A stretch of DNA of 42,863 bases from the IMG/VR virus record IMGVR_UViG_3300016722_000143, positions 1 to 42,863 of that record, one strand, 5' to 3'. The notes under the pieces were generated by a model that worked only from the letters and a program-made list of their open reading frames with translations, did not search any database and was not told the DNA's origin. Made by a program: the position numbers and the translations under genes. How positions within the stretch are numbered: position 1 is the first letter of the stretch; the number at the start of each line of letters is the position of its first letter. The stretch comes from a virus (lineage: Duplodnaviria > Caudoviricetes). Positions 6,818 to 15,170 of this stretch are shown here, piece after piece.

Positions 6818-7987
6818 TTATTTGAATTGGATTATCGGCGTGATTGCGATCGATCCGTAGAATCGAAGCGATCCCTTGACCGCGATGGTCACCTGGTTGT
6901 AGTTGGCCACGGATCCGGATTTGTAGTACAGGGTCGTCTCGGGCAGGATCATCAGATCGTATTGGGCGGTGTTCTCGCCTTCCATCCAGTGGCGGTTCAT
7001 GAACTTCAGCGTCCCCGCCGTGTCGTCGTGCTTCAGGAAGACGGCATTTTTCGTGAACAGCGAGGACCTCCAGTTCTGCTCGCGGTACTCCCAATGTGAC
7101 CCGATTCCGAGGAAGCCGGCGTTCCAGTAGGTCGTGCTCAGGACGATCGCAATCAGGAACCCGAACACGGATCCCTGCGAGTTGCTGGGAAGGTTCCCGA
7201 CGAGAGTGTATTTCACGGTGTCCCCCGCCCACCAGCAGTTGCCGGCGACGTTGTCCGCCGGCGTCGTGTGGGCGTCGGATCGGATGACCACGGTGTCGGC
7301 CAGGGCGAGGCCCCGCATGCTTCCGTCCACCGTCATGTTGGCGGCGAACGAATGCCCTCCCAGATCGGCCGAGGCCGAAGCGACGTCGGTGGTCCTGGAT
7401 TTGCTCCAGAATTCGGTCGTTCCGTCCTTTAGGGCCGACACTCGGCTCCCGTCGATCGTCGAATCGGGGCGCAGGCTCCTCACGATGAACGGCCTTCCGG
7501 GCGCCCTCCCATCGAATAAGCGGGTCAGGTTGGATATCGGAGAGGGGTCTCCGGCCTTATGGATGAAGCGCCAAAGCGGCATCGCGGCGACGCCAAGCTC
7601 CTCGTTTGATAAATTTGAGTTGTTGGGCACCGGGTAACCGCCGGCGTCGTAGGCCATCTTCAGCTTGGCGGTCTGAGCCGTGACGTTCTTCGTGTTCACC
7701 TCGGCGTAGATGAGGCAGTATTTCGTCCCGGTCAGCGCTCCAAGTGCGAAGCTTCCGGCCGATGGCATCCTGAACTGCCTTCCGTACAGGGATCCGCATC
7801 CGCCGGCCACGGCGACCGCGTCCGCCCCCTGATTCGGCGTCGCTTCGAACTCGCCATAGACGCTTAGGAAGACGACGCCTCGCGTTTGGGCGCGGTCGTC
7901 GCTCCCCAGCATGGTGTGGTAGACGGCCGAGTCGTCGTAGGCGGAGATCGCCCCGGCGTTTTTAGATATGAGGATGAGGTTGGCCAT
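6818..7987 (-). CDS. Minor tail/RBP-like protein (paralog 2)
   Basis: 'AYDDSAVYH', 'RGVVF', 'GCGSLYGRQF', 'LIYAEV', 'GVAAMPLW' align with 7989-9056; located after Tal. Confidence 0.7.
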   Translation of the reverse strand: MANLILISKNAGAISAYDDSAVYHTMLGSDDRAQTRGVVFLSVYGEFEATPNQGADAVAVAGGCGSLYGRQFRMPSAGSFALGALTGTKYCLIYAEVNTKNVTAQTAKLKMAYDAGGYPVPNNSNLSNEELGVAAMPLWRFIHKAGDPSPISNLTRLFDGRAPGRPFIVRSLRPDSTIDGSRVSALKDGTTEFWSKSRTTDVASASADLGGHSFAANMTVDGSMRGLALADTVVIRSDAHTTPADNVAGNCWWAGDTVKYTLVGNLPSNSQGSVFGFLIAIVLSTTYWNAGFLGIGSHWEYREQNWRSSLFTKNAVFLKHDDTAGTLKFMNRHWMEGENTAQYDLMILPETTLYYKSGSVANYNQVTIAVKGSLRFYGSIAITPIIQFK

Positions 7988-7988
7988 G

Positions 7989-9056
7989 TCACGCGCCTCC
8001 GATCAGCAAAGTCACCGAGATCGTGCCCGAATGGATTTTCTCCAAAGCCTTGAAGACGATCCCGGTGCTCGTCAACGTGACCATTGCCCAGCAATAGCTG
8101 CTGGAATCGAAGCGGATCCCGTCCAACGGGGTGTTTCTCACCGTCTCCTCGATCGTGGCGTAGAACGACGGGACCGCGGCGTCAATGTAGCCCCCCGCGA
8201 CGACGGCCTCGTACTCAGATGGCCTTTGGTAGGCTTGGGCGGACATGCTGACGAGGAACCCGACGAGCGTCCCGCTCGGCGCGTCCCAGGAGGCGTTGAC
8301 CGTGGACCCGCTCTCGATCTCCGACGAGATCGTCAGCGTTTGGGTGCGGCAAACTAGCATCCTGCAGTTCTTCTTCGTGAATTTGAGTTGGGCGTCGATC
8401 TGATTCGTGTTGCCCGCGGGTCCGATGGACAGCGCCGTGGCGCCGACGTCGGCGACCCTCGCCTTCAGGACGTATCCGGTTTGGTTGGCCTCGACCAGGT
8501 CGCTCACCTTGGTTCCGTTGATGGTCCCGTCGATCGGGACTGACAGAGCGACCTCCGCGACCCCGGGTTCCCGGATGTGCCGAAAATCTTTCACCAAGGT
8601 CAGCACAGCCCCGCCGTCAGCGACGCTGAACATGAACAGTGGCATGGTGGCAACCCCGGACTTCGTTTTGTAGATATCGACGTTGCCGATGCTTGGCTGG
8701 CTTCCCGCCGCGTAAGTGCTTTTCAGCGTCGCGGTCTCAGGATCGGTCGTCGCATCGACTTCGATGTAGATAAGCAAATACGCGTTCATTCCACCGACGC
8801 TGACTTCGAAGGTCGTGCCCGTGGCGAGTTTGAATTGCCGCCCGTAGAGCATCCCGTAGCCCGCCTGAACGGAAATCTTCCTCGTCGAGCTGTTGAAGCT
8901 GTAAGCGAATTCCTTGTAGATCCCCTGGAAGACGACGCCGCGCGAGGACCCTGTGTAATCGTCCCCCACCGCCGAATGGAAAATGACCGCGTCGTCGTAG
9001 GGCGTGAGCCCTTCGGCTCCGTTCTTTCTGAGTAGGTCTATCAGTAAATCGCTCAT
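7989..9056 (-). CDS. Minor tail/baseplate RBP-like protein (paralog 1)
   Basis: Start MSDLLIDLL; 'PYDDAVIFH', 'RGVVF', 'GYGMLYGRQF', 'LIYIEV', 'GVATMPLF'; first gene after Tal. Confidence 0.7.
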   Translation of the reverse strand: MSDLLIDLLRKNGAEGLTPYDDAVIFHSAVGDDYTGSSRGVVFQGIYKEFAYSFNSSTRKISVQAGYGMLYGRQFKLATGTTFEVSVGGMNAYLLIYIEVDATTDPETATLKSTYAAGSQPSIGNVDIYKTKSGVATMPLFMFSVADGGAVLTLVKDFRHIREPGVAEVALSVPIDGTINGTKVSDLVEANQTGYVLKARVADVGATALSIGPAGNTNQIDAQLKFTKKNCRMLVCRTQTLTISSEIESGSTVNASWDAPSGTLVGFLVSMSAQAYQRPSEYEAVVAGGYIDAAVPSFYATIEETVRNTPLDGIRFDSSSYCWAMVTLTSTGIVFKALEKIHSGTISVTLLIGGA

Positions 9057-9069
9057 TTTCCGTCTCCCT

Positions 9070-10167
9070 TCATAGGTAGTAGTAGTCGTCAAGCCTTCCG
9101 AAGCAGCAGCTCATCGAGCCGCTGGAGTCCTCGCGGATCCACATCATCGGCAGGATCCTCGCGGTGCTGTCGTCGGCGGCGTTGTAGCCGAAGATCTGGC
9201 CCCTGCTCCAGAGATTGGCCGAGCGCAGGTCTTTCCCGAGGGCGACGTCGAGACTGAGCTCGACCGAACCGCGGTATCGGTTCTTCTCCATCGCGTTCTG
9301 TGCCTCGGAGCGGGCCTTGTCGAAATCGTCGTCTACATGTATTTCGTATCGGCCCGGAAACTTCAGAAAGCAATCCGGCGAGGACCCGGCCAATGCCGTC
9401 AGGGCCGCGCTTTTAGTCACGACCTTCTCGTCGCCCGTCTTGTAGTAGAGGATCCAATACTCCTCGGAGCTCGCGCCGTCGACCGTCCTCGCGACCGCGC
9501 GGTTCGGATCGGTCGATTCGTCTATAACCGTGGCGTGGTCGAAGTCTTTCAGCTTGACGGAATGGGTTTTCGACAGGGTTTTGACGGCGACGGTTATCGC
9601 TCCGGCGGTCACCCCGGTGACTGCATCGGTCGTGATGTCGCCTTCGACGTCAAGCGTGAAATCGTACCGCATCATCGCCGCTTGGAGTTCTTCCCAGACG
9701 TCGCCGTCCCCGCTTTCGGAGGCGATGGATCCGGCCGTCCAGGCTTTCGCATTGGTGTCGAAATCGGAGACGTCGACGGAGTAATCGACGCCGAGGTATC
9801 CTCCGGCGATCGACTTTGGGAGATTCAGGAGATAGGAGACCCACTGCTTCACTGTCGGCGCGGCGCTCTGGCCGGCATAATCGATCCAGCATTTCTGCAG
9901 GAAGATTCTGCGGAAATCGAGTGCGGTGACTTTGGTCAGTCCCTTCTCGTTTTTCGGCATGCCGCTGAGGGCGAGGTATTTCAGTTTGCCCTCTTTTTCG
10001 AAGAAGCCGACGTACATGGCCTTGGCCGAGTTGGCGATTTCCGAACAGGTAGCCGTGAAACTGTCCATCTCATAAGCGCGCCGCGTCAAAGACCAGGAGC
10101 TCACGTAGTAGGTGGTCCTGACGGATCCAATCGCCTGGAAGTCTTTGTCGAAGAGCGCTATGAACAT
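9070..10167 (-). CDS. Tal-like baseplate hub protein
   Basis: Start MFIALFDKDF with GGAGG RBS; 'SSWSLTRRAYEMDSFT' typical Tal N-terminus; follows Dit; 365 aa with no obvious enzymatic extension. Confidence 0.7.
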   Translation of the reverse strand: MFIALFDKDFQAIGSVRTTYYVSSWSLTRRAYEMDSFTATCSEIANSAKAMYVGFFEKEGKLKYLALSGMPKNEKGLTKVTALDFRRIFLQKCWIDYAGQSAAPTVKQWVSYLLNLPKSIAGGYLGVDYSVDVSDFDTNAKAWTAGSIASESGDGDVWEELQAAMMRYDFTLDVEGDITTDAVTGVTAGAITVAVKTLSKTHSVKLKDFDHATVIDESTDPNRAVARTVDGASSEEYWILYYKTGDEKVVTKSAALTALAGSSPDCFLKFPGRYEIHVDDDFDKARSEAQNAMEKNRYRGSVELSLDVALGKDLRSANLWSRGQIFGYNAADDSTARILPMMWIREDSSGSMSCCFGRLDDYYYL

Positions 10168-10178
10168 CGGGTGTCCTC

Positions 10179-11078
10179 CTAGATCGTGTACTGGACGATC
10201 TTCACGTCGACCGTGGGCTTCGACGCGTCGGTCTGGTCGAGGTTCGGCGAGAGGGTGCTCTCGCCGGGATCCGCCCAGAGAAACGTGTCCTCGGTCTTGT
10301 CGATCTCGTTGTAATAATCGGTCTCGGCGCCGTCCTCGTCCGTGAAGACGATGCGGCCGTTCACCGCGTCCACCGTCAGCGAGCATCCCTTTTTCAGATC
10401 GAGGCCGTTGAACTTGATCGTCGCGTAGGCCTCGCCGTTTTTGATGAGGGAGGCCTGCGGGGACGAGATGTGGCCATGGAAGGTCACGATGAGCGGTATG
10501 GCCTTCATGAAGGTGTTGGAGATCCTCCCGCTTTGCCCGTAGGTTCCGCCTCCGTAGCTATACGGATAGGTGTATGGGTAGGCTTTGGACGCGGTCACCA
10601 CGCTGATGATGATGTTCGTGCTCTCCTTGCTGTAGAAGAGCGTAAGCGGCTGAAGCGTGAGGGTGGCCATGACGGCGGAGCCTTTCCTTTCGTTCGGCTC
10701 CAGCTTCTTGTAGGCGAAGTCCGCGTATCGGTCGCGGCTGGCGTCGTCGACGTCGTTCTGAATCCGAAGGGTCAGCCTGTATTCGCTCGCATCGATGTAG
10801 GATCCGCACCACTCCCGGAAGGCGTCCAGGGCGGCGATCGGGTCCCCGCTGCTGAAGGCGAGGCTGAGCTTGATGTCGTTCTTCTTGATCGTCTGTTTGA
10901 CGATGTAGTCGATGACGTCCCCCTCCTGGACGGTCAGGGACTGCTCGAAGCCCCCTATCCCGTTCGGGGCGTAGACCCTGGCGCTGGAATCGTTGGACCC
11001 GATGGCGCCGAAGGCATAACTCGAGATCTCGTTCCATTCGAGGTCCCTCACGAGGAGGGAGAATCTTCTTTTGCTCAT
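10179..11078 (-). CDS. Distal tail protein (Dit)
   Basis: Directly after TMP; 'AYPYTYPYSYGG', 'LTVDAVNGRI', 'FLWADPGES' Dit-like motifs. Confidence 0.8.
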   Translation of the reverse strand: MSKRRFSLLVRDLEWNEISSYAFGAIGSNDSSARVYAPNGIGGFEQSLTVQEGDVIDYIVKQTIKKNDIKLSLAFSSGDPIAALDAFREWCGSYIDASEYRLTLRIQNDVDDASRDRYADFAYKKLEPNERKGSAVMATLTLQPLTLFYSKESTNIIISVVTASKAYPYTYPYSYGGGTYGQSGRISNTFMKAIPLIVTFHGHISSPQASLIKNGEAYATIKFNGLDLKKGCSLTVDAVNGRIVFTDEDGAETDYYNEIDKTEDTFLWADPGESTLSPNLDQTDASKPTVDVKIVQYTI

Positions 11079-12460
11079 ATCTGCCCCCTTTGCTTCTTGG
11101 CGGCAACGACGGCGGCGGCCACTTTGTCCGCGGTATCTTCGGCGGTATCGTCGGAATCGCCGGAGATGGTGATGTTGATCGTGCTGTTGTCGCTGCTGGT
11201 TCTCGCGGTATAACTCGACGACGCGGCGGCCGACACCCCATTGGTGAGGATGGCGGCGCCCAGCCCGATGGCCGCTCCGGCTACCACCGCGGCCACCGCC
11301 AGCATGACGGGGTTCTCGGAAAGGAAGTCGAGCGCGGCTTTCAGCGAGACTATGCCGCTGATCAGCCCTGGCAGGATCGCCAGGAAGGCGAGGCCCCCCA
11401 CCACGGCGACCTGACCGGCGGGGCCGATGGCGTCGAGGCCGTCCGCGACGGCCTCAAGGATCGGGGCGACCCCTTCGAGGATCTTGGCGAATGTTTGGAA
11501 AGTCGGCATCAGCGCCGTCCCAAGCTCAGCGACGACGACCATGAATTGGTTCTTAAGATCGGTGAACGTCTCCGAGAGCTCCTTCCCAGCCGCGACCTGC
11601 TCGTTGGTCAGCATGCCCGTCGATTCGAAGTTGCTGTTGAGCGTGGCGATCTCGGCCGCGGTGAGGCCGGCGACTTTGGCCAAGGCCGATCCGCCGTCCC
11701 CGAGCAGGGCGGTCGCGAGGACGGCCCTCTGCGTTTCGTCGGTCACGTTCGAAAGGGCGCTAAGGATGATGCTCATCGCCTCTTCCGGGCTTTTGCCTTT
11801 GATGTCGTCCATCGTGAGGCCGAGGCTGGCCAGCGCCTCCTCGCTCTTGGTGGATCCCTTCGAGATCCCGGCGAGGACGGTCGTGATGGAGCTCATGACG
11901 TCGGAATAGTCGCTGGCGTCGCCCGTCGTCTTCTCGAAGACGTTCGCCCATTTCTGATAAGTCTCGGCGCTGACGTTCAGCTCCGAAGCGGCGTCGGCTA
12001 TCGTGTTGGCCTCGGTGGCGAACGCCACGCCGATGGCGGCGATTGCGGCCAAAAGCGTCTTTGCGACTTTGCTGACCCCGGAGAACTGGTTCTTCAGCGT
12101 GTCCAGGTTCGCGCTGTTGAGGGTCTTCGTCTCCCTGCTCAGCGTCGTCACCTGGCTCTCCGTGGCCGCGATTTGGACCTGAAGTTTCCTGTATTCGGCT
12201 TGGTCCACGGGCATCCCAGCGGCGATCTGACGGTCGTACTCAGCCTGCTTGGCCCTCAGCGCCTCGAGTTTTTGCCTCGCCAGCTCGACTTGGTCTTTGA
12301 GGACGTTGGTCTTGGTGGCGGCGAGGCCGAGGTTCGTCGAATCGAGTTTTAGGGCCTTGTCGAGGCTCTTGCTGTCCGCGGCGCAGGACCTAAGGGATGA
12401 ATTGAGCTCTTTCAGCTGGGCGTCGATCTGGGATAGATTCCTCGTCACTGCTGTTTCCAT
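11075..12460 (-). CDS. Tape measure protein (short, 461 aa)
   Basis: N-terminal coiled coil 'LDKALKLDSTNLGL', Ala-rich helices, 'ALASLGLTMDDIKGKSPEEAM', hydrophobic C-terminal segments. Confidence 0.85.
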   Translation of the reverse strand: METAVTRNLSQIDAQLKELNSSLRSCAADSKSLDKALKLDSTNLGLAATKTNVLKDQVELARQKLEALRAKQAEYDRQIAAGMPVDQAEYRKLQVQIAATESQVTTLSRETKTLNSANLDTLKNQFSGVSKVAKTLLAAIAAIGVAFATEANTIADAASELNVSAETYQKWANVFEKTTGDASDYSDVMSSITTVLAGISKGSTKSEEALASLGLTMDDIKGKSPEEAMSIILSALSNVTDETQRAVLATALLGDGGSALAKVAGLTAAEIATLNSNFESTGMLTNEQVAAGKELSETFTDLKNQFMVVVAELGTALMPTFQTFAKILEGVAPILEAVADGLDAIGPAGQVAVVGGLAFLAILPGLISGIVSLKAALDFLSENPVMLAVAAVVAGAAIGLGAAILTNGVSAAASSSYTARTSSDNSTINITISGDSDDTAEDTADKVAAAVVAAKKQRGQI

Positions 12461-12476
12461 TCTTCAGGTCCTCCTT

Positions 12477-12878
12477 TCATTTGGGCTGGGTCTTCTCGAC
12501 GGCCGCCTCGATCTTGGCCACGATCCTTTCGTCCATGCCTTTGAGCGCGTGGACGGCGGCATCGATGTGATGGGTCGCTTCGTAATTGTTGGCTCGGCCG
12601 CCTTTGTTCAGGGCGCGGGCAATCTCCGAGAACGGCTGCCCGTGCTCGTCATACCCCTCGTAGTCGATCGACCAGCCGTACTTCTTTGGGGTCTCGACCT
12701 TCTTTTTCCGGAGGGAGGCTTTGAGGGCGCCGGTTCTGACCGGCGTCCCCTCGGACATCCTTTCCAGGCATTTGTCGGCTTCGGCATCGATCTGATCCTT
12801 TATCGCCGCCTTCACGGTCGGCTCGAGGGAGGAGGCCATTGAGGCTAAATAGGAAGTCAGGGGCGAGTCTTCTGCCAT
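12477..12878 (-). CDS. HK97 gp10-like neck/tail-completion protein
   Basis: 'TPVRTGALKASL' motif characteristic of the HK97 gp10 family. Confidence 0.7.
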   Translation of the reverse strand: MAEDSPLTSYLASMASSLEPTVKAAIKDQIDAEADKCLERMSEGTPVRTGALKASLRKKKVETPKKYGWSIDYEGYDEHGQPFSEIARALNKGGRANNYEATHHIDAAVHALKGMDERIVAKIEAAVEKTQPK

Positions 12879-12893
12879 GATGGCCTCCTTTCT

Positions 12894-13103
12894 TCAGATC
12901 TCTTCCGGTTTGGCCCCATCGGCCGTTTGCTCCCTCTTGGGGGCATTGAAGCCGATGAAGTCGATCACGTCTCCCATCGACATCATCCGGAGATACCGGT
13001 GTGGGAGTCCGAGCCTTCCTTCGGCGATGGCGACGGCGTAGACGAAGGGGCAGGGCTCTCCTCCGCCTCCGGGCTCGGGGTCTCCGCCGCCTCCTCTTTT
13101 TTT
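12894..13103 (-). CDS. Tail assembly chaperone -1 frameshift extension (gpT-like)
   Basis: -1 frame open from slippery A AAA AAA (13097-13103) to 12894; 'RLGLPHRYLRMMSMGDVIDFI' resembles gpT-type segments. Confidence 0.7.
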   Translation of the reverse strand, partial: KKRGGGGDPEPGGGGEPCPFVYAVAIAEGRLGLPHRYLRMMSMGDVIDFIGFNAPKREQTADGAKPEEI

Positions 13104-13435
13104 CCGCCGCTGATGAAGTCGGTCATGATCCTCCCGAAATCGGCGTTGAGGAAGTCGTGGATCCCGATCTCCTGGCGGAAGTCTTGGGCGGTCTTGCCGT
13201 CGACGTCGGGATCCTTCTCGCCTTCCTCTTTGCATCGGTTGGCGAAGTTTTGCCGGAGCGCGACGTAAAGATTCCCGTAGATCTTGGTGTAGCGCGGGCT
13301 TTTGCCGGACGAGACCGCGTCCTGGGCTTCCCGGATGTCATCGAGGATGTCATGACCGTTGACTTCCCAATAGGCGTCCGCTGCCAATCCGTCGTCGAGG
13401 AGCTTGTGCCCTTTGTAATCGTGGAGCTCGCTCAT
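12983..13435 (-). CDS. Tail assembly chaperone (gpG-like)
   Basis: Directly after major tail gene; contains GGA AAA AAA GAG slippery site. Confidence 0.75.
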   Translation of the reverse strand: MSELHDYKGHKLLDDGLAADAYWEVNGHDILDDIREAQDAVSSGKSPRYTKIYGNLYVALRQNFANRCKEEGEKDPDVDGKTAQDFRQEIGIHDFLNADFGRIMTDFISGGKKEEAAETPSPEAEESPAPSSTPSPSPKEGSDSHTGISG

Positions 13436-14025
13436 GACGCCACCGTCCCTCTGTAGAGGCTGGCGGCCGTCACCTCGTCATCGTCTTTGATGAAGCCCGC
13501 GTTGCCCTCGAAGACCTCGGCGTGTGGGACAATCCCGAAGCCGGTCGTCGAGATCGGATGGTTGATGAAGGTGAGGGTGATCGGATCGGTGGCGTTGCCC
13601 TTGAGCTGCGTGACGACCTTTTGGTCTAACGGCTGGGCGACGCAATCGTAGAACCAGAAGTTCTTGGCCAGGCCCTTCTGATTGGATCCTTTGGCGAAAA
13701 GGCAGACGTGGGTCGAATTCGATTGCGCGAACATGAGGTTACCGCTGCTGTCTTTCTTGGCCAAGCCGAGCGCCACGAGCGCTTCGGGGTTGATGCCCCA
13801 AGCCTCCACCGTGACGGTCTCCTTGACGACCGCGGTTGTCTCTTCTGAGGCGTCGTCCGCCTCGATCTCGGCCGTGTTTTTGGTCGCGGCGAACGAGACT
13901 GACTTGATGTTGAATTCCTTGCTGTCGGTCCCCGGCGCGACGAGGAGCACTGGCGTACCCACGGTCGGATAGCCATCGCTCCCGAAATTGGTGATCGGGA
14001 AGATTCTGAATTTTCTGCATGCCAT
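13432..14025 (-). CDS. Major tail protein
   Basis: 197 aa, 'AEIEADDA', 'NFWFYDCVA' resemble phi13-family tail tube proteins; synteny. Confidence 0.75.
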   Translation of the reverse strand: MACRKFRIFPITNFGSDGYPTVGTPVLLVAPGTDSKEFNIKSVSFAATKNTAEIEADDASEETTAVVKETVTVEAWGINPEALVALGLAKKDSSGNLMFAQSNSTHVCLFAKGSNQKGLAKNFWFYDCVAQPLDQKVVTQLKGNATDPITLTFINHPISTTGFGIVPHAEVFEGNAGFIKDDDEVTAASLYRGTVAS

Positions 14026-14038
14026 TTTTATGGCCTCC

Positions 14039-14467
14039 TTAATATTGTTTTTCCGCTGAGTAAGTCAGCTGGTTTCGATTGCTCGGGCTGTCGCGGTATT
14101 CCTGGCCGGATTGCTCGAAGCTCCAGCCTAGGCCCTCCAACGTCTTCGCGATCCTGTCGAGGGTCTTCAGGATCTTGTCGGAGTCGGTGGGCGCCATGGT
14201 CCAAACGTCGATGTAGGCCAGGACGCTTCTGGAGGCCGTGCCGTCGTCCCCGTCCGCGATCGCATCGACCGATGCCACCCTGAAGGTGACGAAGGTGTCT
14301 TTGCCGCTCGCGATCTGGTTCTCGACTCGGCCGTGCCAGAACATGACGCGCTTCTCTCTTTTTATCTGCGAGTCGTCCTCCAGCGCGGCTCCGTCGACCA
14401 AACCGGATTTGGCAAGCGCCCCAGAGATCTCCGCTTTGGCTTTGGCCATCGTCCGCGGGGCGTTCAT
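14039..14467 (-). CDS. Tail terminator/completion protein
   Basis: 'AYIDVWT...IAKTLEGLGW' typical; precedes major tail gene; ATGA overlap start at 14467. Confidence 0.65.
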   Translation of the reverse strand: MNAPRTMAKAKAEISGALAKSGLVDGAALEDDSQIKREKRVMFWHGRVENQIASGKDTFVTFRVASVDAIADGDDGTASRSVLAYIDVWTMAPTDSDKILKTLDRIAKTLEGLGWSFEQSGQEYRDSPSNRNQLTYSAEKQY

Positions 14468-14856
14468 GGATCCCACCTCGCGTAATGCCTCGGGCCTCCG
14501 CAATCGGGTTCGGATATCTCCTCGCAGATCAGCTTCAGCTCGGTTTTCTTGGATTCGAACTCATCGACGTATTTGACGCGGAGCGCCTTCCCTTCGAATT
14601 CCACGACGTCGTCTGGCTTGATCCCGGGGCGGTAATTGACCACCACCACCCATTGGTTGCCGGCGAAAGAGGCGTTCGACTGTTCGTTGCTTTGGGGGAG
14701 GCTTTCCCTCACGTAGGCTCGGATCAGCTGGTTTTTCGGATTGAGGTAGTCCCTTCTCTCGTACACTCCGCTTTTGGCCTCGTTCCGCCACTTGACTTGC
14801 TTCTTGTGGTAGATGGCCACGCGCCGCGTCTTGTTCGGGAATGCGTAATCGCTCAT
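14464..14856 (-). CDS. Head-tail adaptor/closure protein (SPP1 gp16-like)
   Basis: 'VVVNYRPGIKPDDVVEFEGKALRVKYV...ELKLICEE' family pattern. Confidence 0.75.
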   Translation of the reverse strand: MSDYAFPNKTRRVAIYHKKQVKWRNEAKSGVYERRDYLNPKNQLIRAYVRESLPQSNEQSNASFAGNQWVVVVNYRPGIKPDDVVEFEGKALRVKYVDEFESKKTELKLICEEISEPDCGGPRHYARWDP

Positions 14857-15143
14857 GATCCGTTCCTCTTTCCCCTCGCTTTGAGGATCCCGAGGTATTC
14901 CTGGATGCGTTCCTGGAAATCATGGTCTTTGTCGTGGTAGTAATCCTGCTGGATGAACAGCCTGGCGCAGGCTTTCGCCGTGGGGTCAATCGGGTTTTTC
15001 GTCTCCCATCTGACCCCAGTGGCTTCGTCGATGTAATCGGTGGCCGAAGCGTTGTTGGCTTCGAACTCCGAGCTTTGGCAATCGCCATCGAGGCGGAGCG
15101 CGTCACGCGCCTCTTGTTCGCTGAGTATGTTGGCTTTCTCCAT
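14853..15143 (-). CDS. Head-tail connector (HK97 gp6-like)
   Basis: 'LSEQEARDALRLDGD...ATDYIDEATG...AKACARLFIQQDY'; follows capsid; AGGAGG RBS favours ATG at 15143. Confidence 0.8.
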   Translation of the reverse strand: MEKANILSEQEARDALRLDGDCQSSEFEANNASATDYIDEATGVRWETKNPIDPTAKACARLFIQQDYYHDKDHDFQERIQEYLGILKARGKRNGS

Positions 15144-15170
15144 TCCGGCCACCTCCTTTCATCTCACCGA

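Noticed and set aside
5671-9056. Additional DGR target (second VR) in the RBP paralogs
   Set aside because: None of their C-termini resembles TR, and I saw no second VR by eye elsewhere in the window. Trans targets outside the window are not excluded.
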